From positions 1-37,680 of the forward strand of contig DASZGO010000084.1 in assembly GCA_035938755.1 (NCBI GenBank): a stretch of DNA of 37,680 bases, given 5' to 3'. Shown here piece after piece: positions 1 to 6,713 of the stretch. This DNA comes from Solirubrobacteraceae bacterium. GTDB lineage: Bacteria > Actinomycetota > Thermoleophilia > Solirubrobacterales > Solirubrobacteraceae. The notes below the pieces were generated by a model. That model saw nothing but the letters and a program-made list of their open reading frames with translations, had not been told where the DNA came from and searched no databases. A program made the translations under genes and the position numbers. The stretch's first letter is position 1. Each line of letters starts with the position of its first letter.

Positions 1-497
1 GTCTGCTCGGCCAGCACGGTCCCCGGCTCCGCCCCCAGCTCGGCCGCCCGGCGGCGAGCCCGCTCGGCCGGCTCGGCGGTCAGGAACACCTTGATCTCAG
101 CCTCCGGAGCCACCACGGTCCCGATGTCACGGCCTTCGGCCACCCAGTCGCCGGTGGACAGCAGAAGTCGCTGCTGGGCCACCATGGCCTCTCGCACGGC
201 CGGGTCGGCCGCGGCACGGGAGGCGCCCTCGGAGACCTCGGGCGTGCGGATGGCCTGGGTCACGTCCTGGCCGTCGCAGGTGACGCGACCACGCCCTCCG
301 GGCGCGGTGCCCCCAAGCTCGATCTCCACCCGCGGGGCCACTTCCGCCGGCTCGGCGCCCCGCTGCCTCGCGACCAGGGCCACGCAGCGGTACATGGCGC
401 CCGAGTCCAGGTAGGTGAAACCGAGCCGCTGGGCCACCGCGCGAGCCACCGTCGACTTGCCCGCGCCCGCCGGGCCGTCAATGGCAACGACGGTCAC
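1..497 (-). CDS. cmk: Cytidylate kinase, 3' end runs off the left edge of the window
   Basis: Absent from the ORF track because it is truncated. Manual translation from GTG at 497 gives MTVVAIDGPAGAGKSTVARAVAQRLGFTYLDSGAMYR... and later VAEGRDIGTVV, which are Cmk motifs. The GTG overlaps the aroA stop (GTGA). Confidence 0.95.
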   Translation of the reverse strand, partial: MTVVAIDGPAGAGKSTVARAVAQRLGFTYLDSGAMYRCVALVARQRGAEPAEVAPRVEIELGGTAPGGRGRVTCDGQDVTQAIRTPEVSEGASRAAADPAVREAMVAQQRLLLSTGDWVAEGRDIGTVVAPEAEIKVFLTAEPAERARRRAAELGAEPGTVLAEQ

Positions 498-1798
498 CTC
501 TGCAGCGCCTTCAGGTCCTCGATGAATGTGGGGTAGGAGATGTCGGCGGCCTCCATCCCTACCACCTCCACTCCCTCCTCCGAGGCCAGGCCGGCCACCG
601 CCCCCAGGAGCGCCAGGCGGTGGTCGCCGTGGGCCGTCAGGCGCCCGCCCCGCAGCGACCCGGTGCCGGTGACCACGAACCCGTCGACCGTGGCCTCGAT
701 GTCCCCGCCCAGGCCCCGCAGTCCGCTGACCACCGTCTCGATCCGGTCCGATTCCTTGACCCGGAGCTCCTTGGCCCCTCGCACCAGCGTCTGGCCCTCG
801 GCAAAGCAGCCGAGCAGAGCCACCAGGGGCAGCTCATCGATGGCCAAGGGGACCTCGTCGGCGTCGACCGTGATCCCCTCGATAGGCCCGTTGGACACAT
901 CGATCTCCGACACCGGCTCGCCGGCCCCGAACCCGCCGACCGGCTCGGCCTCGCACAGCACGATCGCCCCCATCCGCTGGAGGATCCGCAGGAATCCGGT
1001 GCGCGTCCAGTTGACGCCCACGCCGTCGAGCACCAGCCGCGATCCCTTGACCAGCACCCCAGCCGCGATCAGGAACGCCGCCGAGGACATATCTCCCGGC
1101 ACCTCCACGTGGTCCAGCTCGAGCTCGTCCGTGTTGCCCACGGTGATCCGGTAGCCGGTCTGAGGATCGCCCTCGCGCAGCAGCGGAGCGGCGGCCGACA
1201 GCAGCAGCCGCTCGGTGTGGTCGCGTGTGGGCACGGGCTCGACCACCGTGGTCTCGTCGGTCAGCAGCCCGGCCAGCAGCACGCACGACTTCACCTGGGC
1301 ACTGGCCACCGGAAGCGGGTACGTGATTCCGGCCAGTGGGGCACCGTGGACGATGAACGGCGGGAAACGTCCCTCCCGGGCCTCGATCCGGGCGCCCATC
1401 AGCTCAAGCGGCTCCGCGATCCGATCGATCGGCCGGCGGCGGATCGAGTCGTCCCCGTCGAGCTTGAACGACTGACCCTGCTGACAGGCCAGCCATCCCG
1501 GCAGCAGGCGCATCAGCGTGCCGGCGTTGCCCACGTCGATCCGCACGGTCGGTATCTGGGCGTCGCGTAGGCCCACGCCCCGGACGATGAGTTCGTCGTC
1601 GCGCTCCTCCACGATCGCGCCGAGCTGCTGGATCGCGCTCAGGGTCGAGCGCGTGTCCGCTGCATTCAGGTAATTGCAGATGCGCACCGGCTCGGACACC
1701 ATGGCGGCGATAATCGCGCTGCGGTGCGAAATCGACTTGTCGGCCGGCGGGCGCACCTCTCCGCGCAGCGAGTCGGCCGGGGCGAAGCGGACGTTCAC
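494..1798 (-). CDS. aroA: 3-phosphoshikimate 1-carboxyvinyltransferase (EPSP synthase)
   Basis: Motifs DKSISHR, DVGNAGTLMR, ASAQVKS, RDHTE, ELRVKESDR, DHRLA. The start is most likely GTG at 1798 (VNVRFAP), overlapping the tyrA stop, rather than 2077. Confidence 0.96.
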   Translation of the reverse strand: MNVRFAPADSLRGEVRPPADKSISHRSAIIAAMVSEPVRICNYLNAADTRSTLSAIQQLGAIVEERDDELIVRGVGLRDAQIPTVRIDVGNAGTLMRLLPGWLACQQGQSFKLDGDDSIRRRPIDRIAEPLELMGARIEAREGRFPPFIVHGAPLAGITYPLPVASAQVKSCVLLAGLLTDETTVVEPVPTRDHTERLLLSAAAPLLREGDPQTGYRITVGNTDELELDHVEVPGDMSSAAFLIAAGVLVKGSRLVLDGVGVNWTRTGFLRILQRMGAIVLCEAEPVGGFGAGEPVSEIDVSNGPIEGITVDADEVPLAIDELPLVALLGCFAEGQTLVRGAKELRVKESDRIETVVSGLRGLGGDIEATVDGFVVTGTGSLRGGRLTAHGDHRLALLGAVAGLASEEGVEVVGMEAADISYPTFIEDLKALQR

Positions 1799-2865
1799 GC
1801 GCGGGCCACCGGAAAGCCCAGGCCGCGGACCAGGTTCTGCGCGCGCTGGGCCGCCTGGAGGCCGGAGATCCACAGCGCGATCACGCCCTCGCTCATGTCC
1901 GGGGCCGGGTACAGCGCCAGGTCCACGATGTTGACCCCGGCCCGGCCCAGCTCCAGCGCCAGCTGGGCCACCACCCCGGGTCGGTTGGGCACGGAGGCCC
2001 GGAGCTCGATCAGCGGCTCGGCGCCCAGGTGCGCTTCCAACAGGCGCCGGCGATCCGCGGCCGCGTCTTCGTTCCACCGGGTCAGCCAGTCGAAGTCTCC
2101 GCGGGCCAGCGCTTCCCGCACGCGCTCCAGCATCCGGCTGGCCTGGTCGACCGCCGTGATCAGAGCATCCGCATTGGAGATGTAGATATCGGTCCAGACC
2201 GAGCTGGGGGCGCCGGCCACCCGGGTGGCGTCGCGGAAGCTCGGCCCGGTGGCCGGCAGGCGCTCATCGCCGGCCGCCAACGTGGCCGCGGCCTGCGAGA
2301 CCAGGACGTTGGCCAGTACGTGTGGGAGGTGCGAGACCGTGGCCAGAATCGCGTCGTGGGTCTCGGGGTCGATGGCCGCCGGCCGCGCGCCCAACCCGCG
2401 CAGCAGCCGGTGCAGGCGCTCGTACAGCACGCCTGAGGTGACCTGGGTCGGAGTCAGATACCAGGTCGCGCCCTCGAACAGGTCGGCCCGGGCGTGCTCC
2501 ACGCCCGCGCTCTCGGCTCCGGCCAGGGGATGCCCGCCCACGAACCGCGGGTCGTCGTGACGGGCCACCACGGCTCGCTTGGTCGAGCCGACGTCGCTGA
2601 TCACGCAGTCGGCCGGCGCCGCGGCCAGCACGTCGCCCACCACGTCTCCAAGCGCACCCACAGGGACCGCCACCAACGCCGCCTCCGCGTCGGCCAGCGC
2701 CTCGGCCAGGCTGTGAGCGCCCTCGTCCAGCGCCCCCCGGGCCACCGCCTCAGCGCTGGCCCGGGGGTCGGCGTCGTATCCGGACACCGTCGCGCCCAGC
2801 CGCTCGCGGGCCGCCAGCGCGACCGAGCCGCCGATTAAGCCCACGCCGATTACCGCGAGCTTCAA
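1795..2865 (-). CDS. tyrA: Prephenate/arogenate dehydrogenase with C-terminal ACT domain
   Basis: Rossmann motif GVGLIGGS, SDVGSTK, GGHPLAGAE, SHLPH, FRDATRVA, then ACT-like VPNRPGVVAQLA...AGVNIVDL. TTG start overlaps the upstream TGA. Confidence 0.94.
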   Translation of the reverse strand: MKLAVIGVGLIGGSVALAARERLGATVSGYDADPRASAEAVARGALDEGAHSLAEALADAEAALVAVPVGALGDVVGDVLAAAPADCVISDVGSTKRAVVARHDDPRFVGGHPLAGAESAGVEHARADLFEGATWYLTPTQVTSGVLYERLHRLLRGLGARPAAIDPETHDAILATVSHLPHVLANVLVSQAAATLAAGDERLPATGPSFRDATRVAGAPSSVWTDIYISNADALITAVDQASRMLERVREALARGDFDWLTRWNEDAAADRRRLLEAHLGAEPLIELRASVPNRPGVVAQLALELGRAGVNIVDLALYPAPDMSEGVIALWISGLQAAQRAQNLVRGLGFPVARA

Positions 2866-3953
2866 GGGCCGCCGCTGCGACGGGCTCTCACTGCTTCAGC
2901 CAGGCCGTCGAGGACCTCGACCGTCCGCTCCCAATCCAGGCAGGCGTCAGTGATCGATTGCCCGTAGGTGAGCTCTCCCGGATGGGCGGGATCCATTTCC
3001 TGGCGCCCGAATACCAGAAACGACTCGAGCATCACCCCCACGATGGCGTGGTTGCCATCCGCGATCTGGCGCCCCACCTCGGCCGCCACAGCTGGCTGGC
3101 GAGCCGCGTCCTTGCCGCTGTTGTCGTGGCTGAAGTCGACCATCACCCGCTCCGGCAGCTCGGCCTGGCCCAGCAGCTCCAGCGCCCCGGACACGGCGCC
3201 CGGATCGAAGTTCGGAGCCTGGCGCCCGCCCCGCAGGATGATGTGGCAGTCGCGGTTGCCCTTGGTGTGGAGAATGGCCGGGGCGCCGTCGCGATCGATA
3301 CCCGCAAAAGCGTGGGGCACGGCGGCCGCCCGCACGGCGTCGACCGCCACGACCACGTTGCCGTCGGTCCGGTTCTTGAATCCCACCGGCATCGACAGGC
3401 CGGAGCCGAGCTGGCGATGGATCTGGCTCTCGGTGGTCCGGGCCCCGATCGCTCCCCAGGTCACGGCGTCCGAGATGTACTGCGGGGTGATCGGGTCCAG
3501 AAACTCGCAGCCCACCGGCAGCCGCAAACCGAGCACGTCCAGCAGCACGCGGCGGGCGATGTGCAGCCCCGCGTTCACGTCCCCCGAGCCGTCCAGATGC
3601 GGGTCGTTGATCAGGCCCTTCCACCCGGTGGTCGTCCTCGGCTTTTCGAAGTACACGCGCATCGTGATCAGCAGGTCGGCCTGTAGCCGCTCAGCCTCCC
3701 GGCTCAGGCGCTGCGCGTAGTCGAGCGTGGCGGCCACATCGTGCACGCTGCACGGTCCCACCACCACCAGCAGCCGGTCGTCGTGGCGGTCCAGCACGGC
3801 GTGGGTCTGGGCCCGGCCGCGCAGCACGACCTCGGTCTGGGCGTCACGCAGCGGCAGCTCGGATGTCAGCTGCTGCGGCGAGATCAGCGGCTCCAGCCGC
3901 TCGATCCGCTGGTCGCGGACGGCGTCCGGGGTGTTGACCGGCGAAGCCGCCAT
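2862..3953 (-). CDS. aroG: DAHP synthase, type I-alpha (E. coli AroF/AroG/AroH-like)
   Basis: VVGPCSVHD, MRVYFEKPRTTTGWKGLINDP, GAIGARTTESQIHRQLGSG, GFKNRTDG, VDFSHDNS, YGQSITDAC. Confidence 0.93.
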   Translation of the reverse strand: MAASPVNTPDAVRDQRIERLEPLISPQQLTSELPLRDAQTEVVLRGRAQTHAVLDRHDDRLLVVVGPCSVHDVAATLDYAQRLSREAERLQADLLITMRVYFEKPRTTTGWKGLINDPHLDGSGDVNAGLHIARRVLLDVLGLRLPVGCEFLDPITPQYISDAVTWGAIGARTTESQIHRQLGSGLSMPVGFKNRTDGNVVVAVDAVRAAAVPHAFAGIDRDGAPAILHTKGNRDCHIILRGGRQAPNFDPGAVSGALELLGQAELPERVMVDFSHDNSGKDAARQPAVAAEVGRQIADGNHAIVGVMLESFLVFGRQEMDPAHPGELTYGQSITDACLDWERTVEVLDGLAEAVRARRSGGP

Positions 3954-3956
3954 GGT

Positions 3957-4772
3957 CTAGAGGAGCACTTCCTTTCCGGCGAGAGCGGCGGCCGCCCGCA
4001 CCTGCTCGGCGTACTCCGAGAACCCCTCTGTGGGCAGCGCCTGCGGCCCATCGCACCTGGCGTCCTCAGGTCGTGGGTGCACCTCCACCATCAGGCCGTC
4101 GGCTCCCACGGCCGCCGCGGCCAGCGAGAGCGGGCCCACCAGCTCGCGCCGCCCCGCGGCGTGGCTGGGGTCGACCAGTACCGGCAGGTCCGTCAGCTCC
4201 TTGAGCACAGGGACCGCCATCAGGTCCAGGGTGAAGCGGTAGGCCCGCTCGAATGTCCGGATCCCCCGCTCGCACAGCATCACCGACCGGTTGCCCTCCT
4301 TCAGGACATACTCGGCCGACAGGAGCAATTCCTCCAGGGTGCTGGCCAGGCCGCGCTTGAGCAGCACGGGCACCTGGGCCCGCCCCACTTCGGCCAGCAA
4401 CGGGTAGTTCTGCATGTTCCGCGAGCCGATCTGCACCACGTCGGCCACTTCCAGCGTCACGTCGAGCTCCCGCGGGTCCATGACCTCGGTCACCACCGGC
4501 AGGCCGGTCAGCTCCTTGGCCTCACGCAGGATCTCCAGCGCCTGGCGTCCCAGTCCCTGGAACGCGTACGGCGAGGTGCGGGGCTTGAACGCCCCCCCGC
4601 GCAGCAGCGTGGCGCCCGCCTCGGCCACCGCGTGGGCGGTCTGGAGCGTCTGCTCGCGCGACTCGACCGCGCACGGACCAGCGATCAGAGCAAAGTGCCG
4701 GCCACCGACCTTCTGCCCGGCGATGTCGAGCACCGGGCGGTCGTCGGTGGCGGTGGGTTGCGTGGCGATCAT
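3957..4772 (-). CDS. aroF: DAHP synthase, type I-beta, catalytic barrel only (no N-terminal regulatory domain)
   Basis: [61 protein letters not shown]. Shine-Dalgarno-like AGAGAGGA lies 6 nt before the ATG. Confidence 0.92.
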   Translation of the reverse strand: MIATQPTATDDRPVLDIAGQKVGGRHFALIAGPCAVESREQTLQTAHAVAEAGATLLRGGAFKPRTSPYAFQGLGRQALEILREAKELTGLPVVTEVMDPRELDVTLEVADVVQIGSRNMQNYPLLAEVGRAQVPVLLKRGLASTLEELLLSAEYVLKEGNRSVMLCERGIRTFERAYRFTLDLMAVPVLKELTDLPVLVDPSHAAGRRELVGPLSLAAAAVGADGLMVEVHPRPEDARCDGPQALPTEGFSEYAEQVRAAAALAGKEVLL

Positions 4773-4806
4773 TGCTAGTCCTCTCTGGTTCGAACTCTAG
4801 GGAAGG

Positions 4807-4822
4807 GCGGGCCACGGCCCGC
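4807..4822 (-). terminator. GC-rich hairpin in the aro operon leader (possible pause or attenuator hairpin)
   Basis: GCGGGCC-GT-GGCCCGC on the minus strand, followed by CCTTCCCT rather than a U-tract. Confidence 0.35.
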
Positions 4823-4902
4823 GGGGGGACGAGGTACGGCGCCCGTCGTGCTCTGGGGGGGCCAACCCGTTCAGGGCAGGCACAAGGGAGCAGGCAGAGC
4901 GC

Positions 4903-4974
4903 CTAGCTAAATCGCCAGCAATAGAGGCAGCCGCGGGGGGCGGTGTCCTGCGCGGTGCGACTGCCTTTGCTCAC
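4903..4974 (-). CDS. Putative leaderless leader peptide MSKGSRTAQDTAPRGCLYCWRFS (aromatic amino acid attenuator)
   Basis: GTG at 4974 lies 7 nt after a -10 box. The last codons are TAT TGC TGG CGA TTT AGC TAG (Y-C-W-R-F-S). The stop is 130 nt upstream of the first DAHP synthase gene. Confidence 0.72.
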   Translation of the reverse strand: MSKGSRTAQDTAPRGCLYCWRFS

Positions 4975-4981
4975 AACAGGG

Positions 4982-5010
4982 GTTGTACCACGGGGCGCGC
5001 GATCTGCCAA
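4982..5010 (-). promoter_or_regulatory. Sigma70/SigA-type promoter of the aro operon
   Basis: TTGGCA (5010-5005), 17-nt spacer, TACAAC (4987-4982), with an extended -10 TG. The predicted +1 is the G of the leader GTG. Confidence 0.72.
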
Positions 5011-5038
5011 GCGCTCGACCGCCGGTCGATCGAGATGT

Positions 5039-5067
5039 CGATTTTCCTTGCTATTCAAGGAAAATCG
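5039..5067. repeat. Perfect AT-rich inverted repeat (12-bp arms, 5-nt loop): operator, terminator or REP-like element
   Basis: CGATTTTCCTTG-CTATT-CAAGGAAAATCG, between the hisC stop and the aro promoter. Confidence 0.8.
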
Positions 5068-5088
5068 TCCACACGCCCCCCGCGCCAG

Positions 5089-5220
5089 CGTGGGGCGGCC
5101 GCGCCGTGGCGCCGTGGGGCGGCCGCCAGCGGTCCGCCGCCGCGCTCCCCGCGCCGCGCTCCGCCGCGCCGCGCCGCGGCCGCCGCGCTCCCGCCGCGCC
5201 GCGCTCCGCCGCACCGCCCA
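5089..5220. repeat. Low-complexity GC repeat tract
   Basis: CGTGGGGCGGCCGC twice (5089-5102, 5113-5126), then degenerate CCGCG/CCGCGCTCC units up to the hisC stop. Confidence 0.7.
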
Positions 5221-5221
5221 C

Positions 5222-6328
5222 TCAGCCGACGCCCAGCACCTCGCCCAGCGCGGCCACGAAACGCTCATTCTCGGTCTCGGTGCCCACGGTGACGCGCAGG
5301 CAGCCCTCGCGGCCCAGTGATGCCCCCGCCCGGACCAGCACGCTGCGCTCGGCCAGACCACCCACCACCTCGACCTCCGAGGGCCCGCCGCTCTCCTCGG
5401 GGTCTGGCAGCCGGACCCACACGAAGTTGGCGTCGGACTCCGCCACCCACAACCCTAGGCCCCGCACGCCCTCCTCCAGCGAGAGCCGACCCGCGATGGT
5501 GTGGGCCACCCGCTGCTCCACCTGGTCCTGATGGCGCAAGGCTTCGATCGCGGCCGCCTGGGTGGGGGCGCCGAGGTAGAACGGTTGGCGCACTTGGTCC
5601 ACCGCGGTCCGGAAGTCGGGTGACCCGCACAGCGCGTAGCCGGCGCGCATTCCGGCCAGCCCGTACACCTTGGAGAACGTCCGCAGCAGGACCAGGTTGG
5701 GGTGCTCTCGCAGCAGCCCCAGCGAAGCGAACGGATCCCCGATCCGCAGCGAGAACTCCACGTAGGCCTCGTCCAGGATCACACACACATGGCGCGGTAC
5801 CCGGTCCAGGAACTCGCGCACCCGGTCGAGCTCCAGCGCGGTGGAGGTGGGGTTGTTGGGGTTGCAGATCAGCACCAGCCGGGTCGCCACGTTCACCTCG
5901 GCGGCCATGGCCTCCAGGTCGTGGCGGTCCTCCGCATCCAGCGGCACCTCGATCGCCCGGGCGCCCGAAGCCGCCGACAGGTGGGGGTACACGCTGAACG
6001 CCGGCCAGGCGTACACCACTTCCGCGCCCGGCTCGAGCAGTGCCTCACCGGCGGCCAGCAGGATGTCGCACGAGCCGTTGCCCAGCGCGATCCGCTCCGG
6101 TCCCATCTCGTAGCGCTCGGCCAGCGCCCGGCGCAGCGGCGAGTACGACGGGTCCGGATACCGGTTGACCCGGCCTACCGCGTCCCGTGCCGCTTGCACG
6201 ACCTCAGGCAACGGCTCGAAGTAGGACTCGTTGGAGGCCAGCAGGGCCACGTCGCCGCCCAGGTCGTAGCCCGAAGCCACCGGGTAGACCGGGATGCGGC
6301 GGATCCGCTGGGCGAACTCGAGCGTCAC
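5222..6328 (-). CDS. hisC: Histidinol-phosphate / aromatic amino acid aminotransferase
   Basis: LASNES, NRYPD, GNGSCDIL, CNPNNPTS, LDEAYVEF and the PLP-lysine motif RTFSKVYGLAGMRAGY. Confidence 0.92.
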   Translation of the reverse strand: MTLEFAQRIRRIPVYPVASGYDLGGDVALLASNESYFEPLPEVVQAARDAVGRVNRYPDPSYSPLRRALAERYEMGPERIALGNGSCDILLAAGEALLEPGAEVVYAWPAFSVYPHLSAASGARAIEVPLDAEDRHDLEAMAAEVNVATRLVLICNPNNPTSTALELDRVREFLDRVPRHVCVILDEAYVEFSLRIGDPFASLGLLREHPNLVLLRTFSKVYGLAGMRAGYALCGSPDFRTAVDQVRQPFYLGAPTQAAAIEALRHQDQVEQRVAHTIAGRLSLEEGVRGLGLWVAESDANFVWVRLPDPEESGGPSEVEVVGGLAERSVLVRAGASLGREGCLRVTVGTETENERFVAALGEVLGVG

Positions 6329-6334
6329 TGGGGC

Positions 6335-6700
6335 CTATTGTGCCGCGTCGAGATCGCTGCGCAGCGCGCGCGCCTCGCCCAGGTAGACGTGCCGGGGCTC
6401 GTGGTCCTCGGGGGCGTAGTAGTGGACGAGCACCCGGATCACCTGGGGCATCGAGCCTGGCACCGGGACCTCGCGGGCGCACAGCAGCGGCACACGGTCC
6501 AGGCCCATCCGGCGGGCCGCCACGGCCGGGAACTCGGCGTCCAGGTCGTCGGTCAGGGTGAAGATGCAGCTCACGAACGCACTCGCCTCGAGCTGGTTGC
6601 GCTCCATCAGCTCGTGCATCAGCTCGTTGGTGGCGGACAGGATGGCCTCGGCCTCGTTGGCCCCCGCGCTGTTGGCGCCCCGAAGCGCAAAGAGCCGCAT
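6335..6700 (-). CDS. aroH: Chorismate mutase, AroH class
   Basis: ALRGAN, FTLTDDLDAEFPAVAAR, VPLLCAREVPVPGSMPQVIRVL, HVYLGEARALRSDL. Confidence 0.95.
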   Translation of the reverse strand: MRLFALRGANSAGANEAEAILSATNELMHELMERNQLEASAFVSCIFTLTDDLDAEFPAVAARRMGLDRVPLLCAREVPVPGSMPQVIRVLVHYYAPEDHEPRHVYLGEARALRSDLDAAQ

Positions 6701-6707
6701 TGCAGCG

Positions 6708-6713
6708 ATTCTA
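6708..6713 (-). promoter_or_regulatory. -10 element for a leaderless aroH-hisC transcript
   Basis: TAGAAT lies 7 nt before the aroH ATG, with no Shine-Dalgarno. Its TAG is also the stop codon of the upstream gene. Confidence 0.6.

Noticed and set aside
1799-2077. N-terminal extensions in the ORF track (aroA to 2077; also gcvH to 28530, rhomboid to 21495, GT39 from 11942, murB to 36451, ftsZ to 34449)
   Set aside because: They overlap neighbouring genes or promoters. Family-typical sequence begins at the downstream starts used here, so these are not fusions.
3957-4772. KDO8P synthase (kdsA) as an alternative call
   Set aside because: It has the DAHP-type KPRTS motif rather than KANRS/KANRTS, and it lies in an aro operon.
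5089-5220. CRISPR array
   Set aside because: The repeats are short, degenerate and contiguous, with no unique spacers and no cas genes.
4773-5221. T-box riboswitch upstream of the aro operon
   Set aside because: No T-box consensus (GGTGGNACCGCG-type) or U-tailed terminator was seen on the coding strand.
4903-5361. 152-aa ORF on the minus strand, and overlapping plus-strand ORFs in the hisC-aroF gap
   Set aside because: They run through the low-complexity GC tract and overlap hisC. Only the last 23 codons, behind the promoter, look meaningful.
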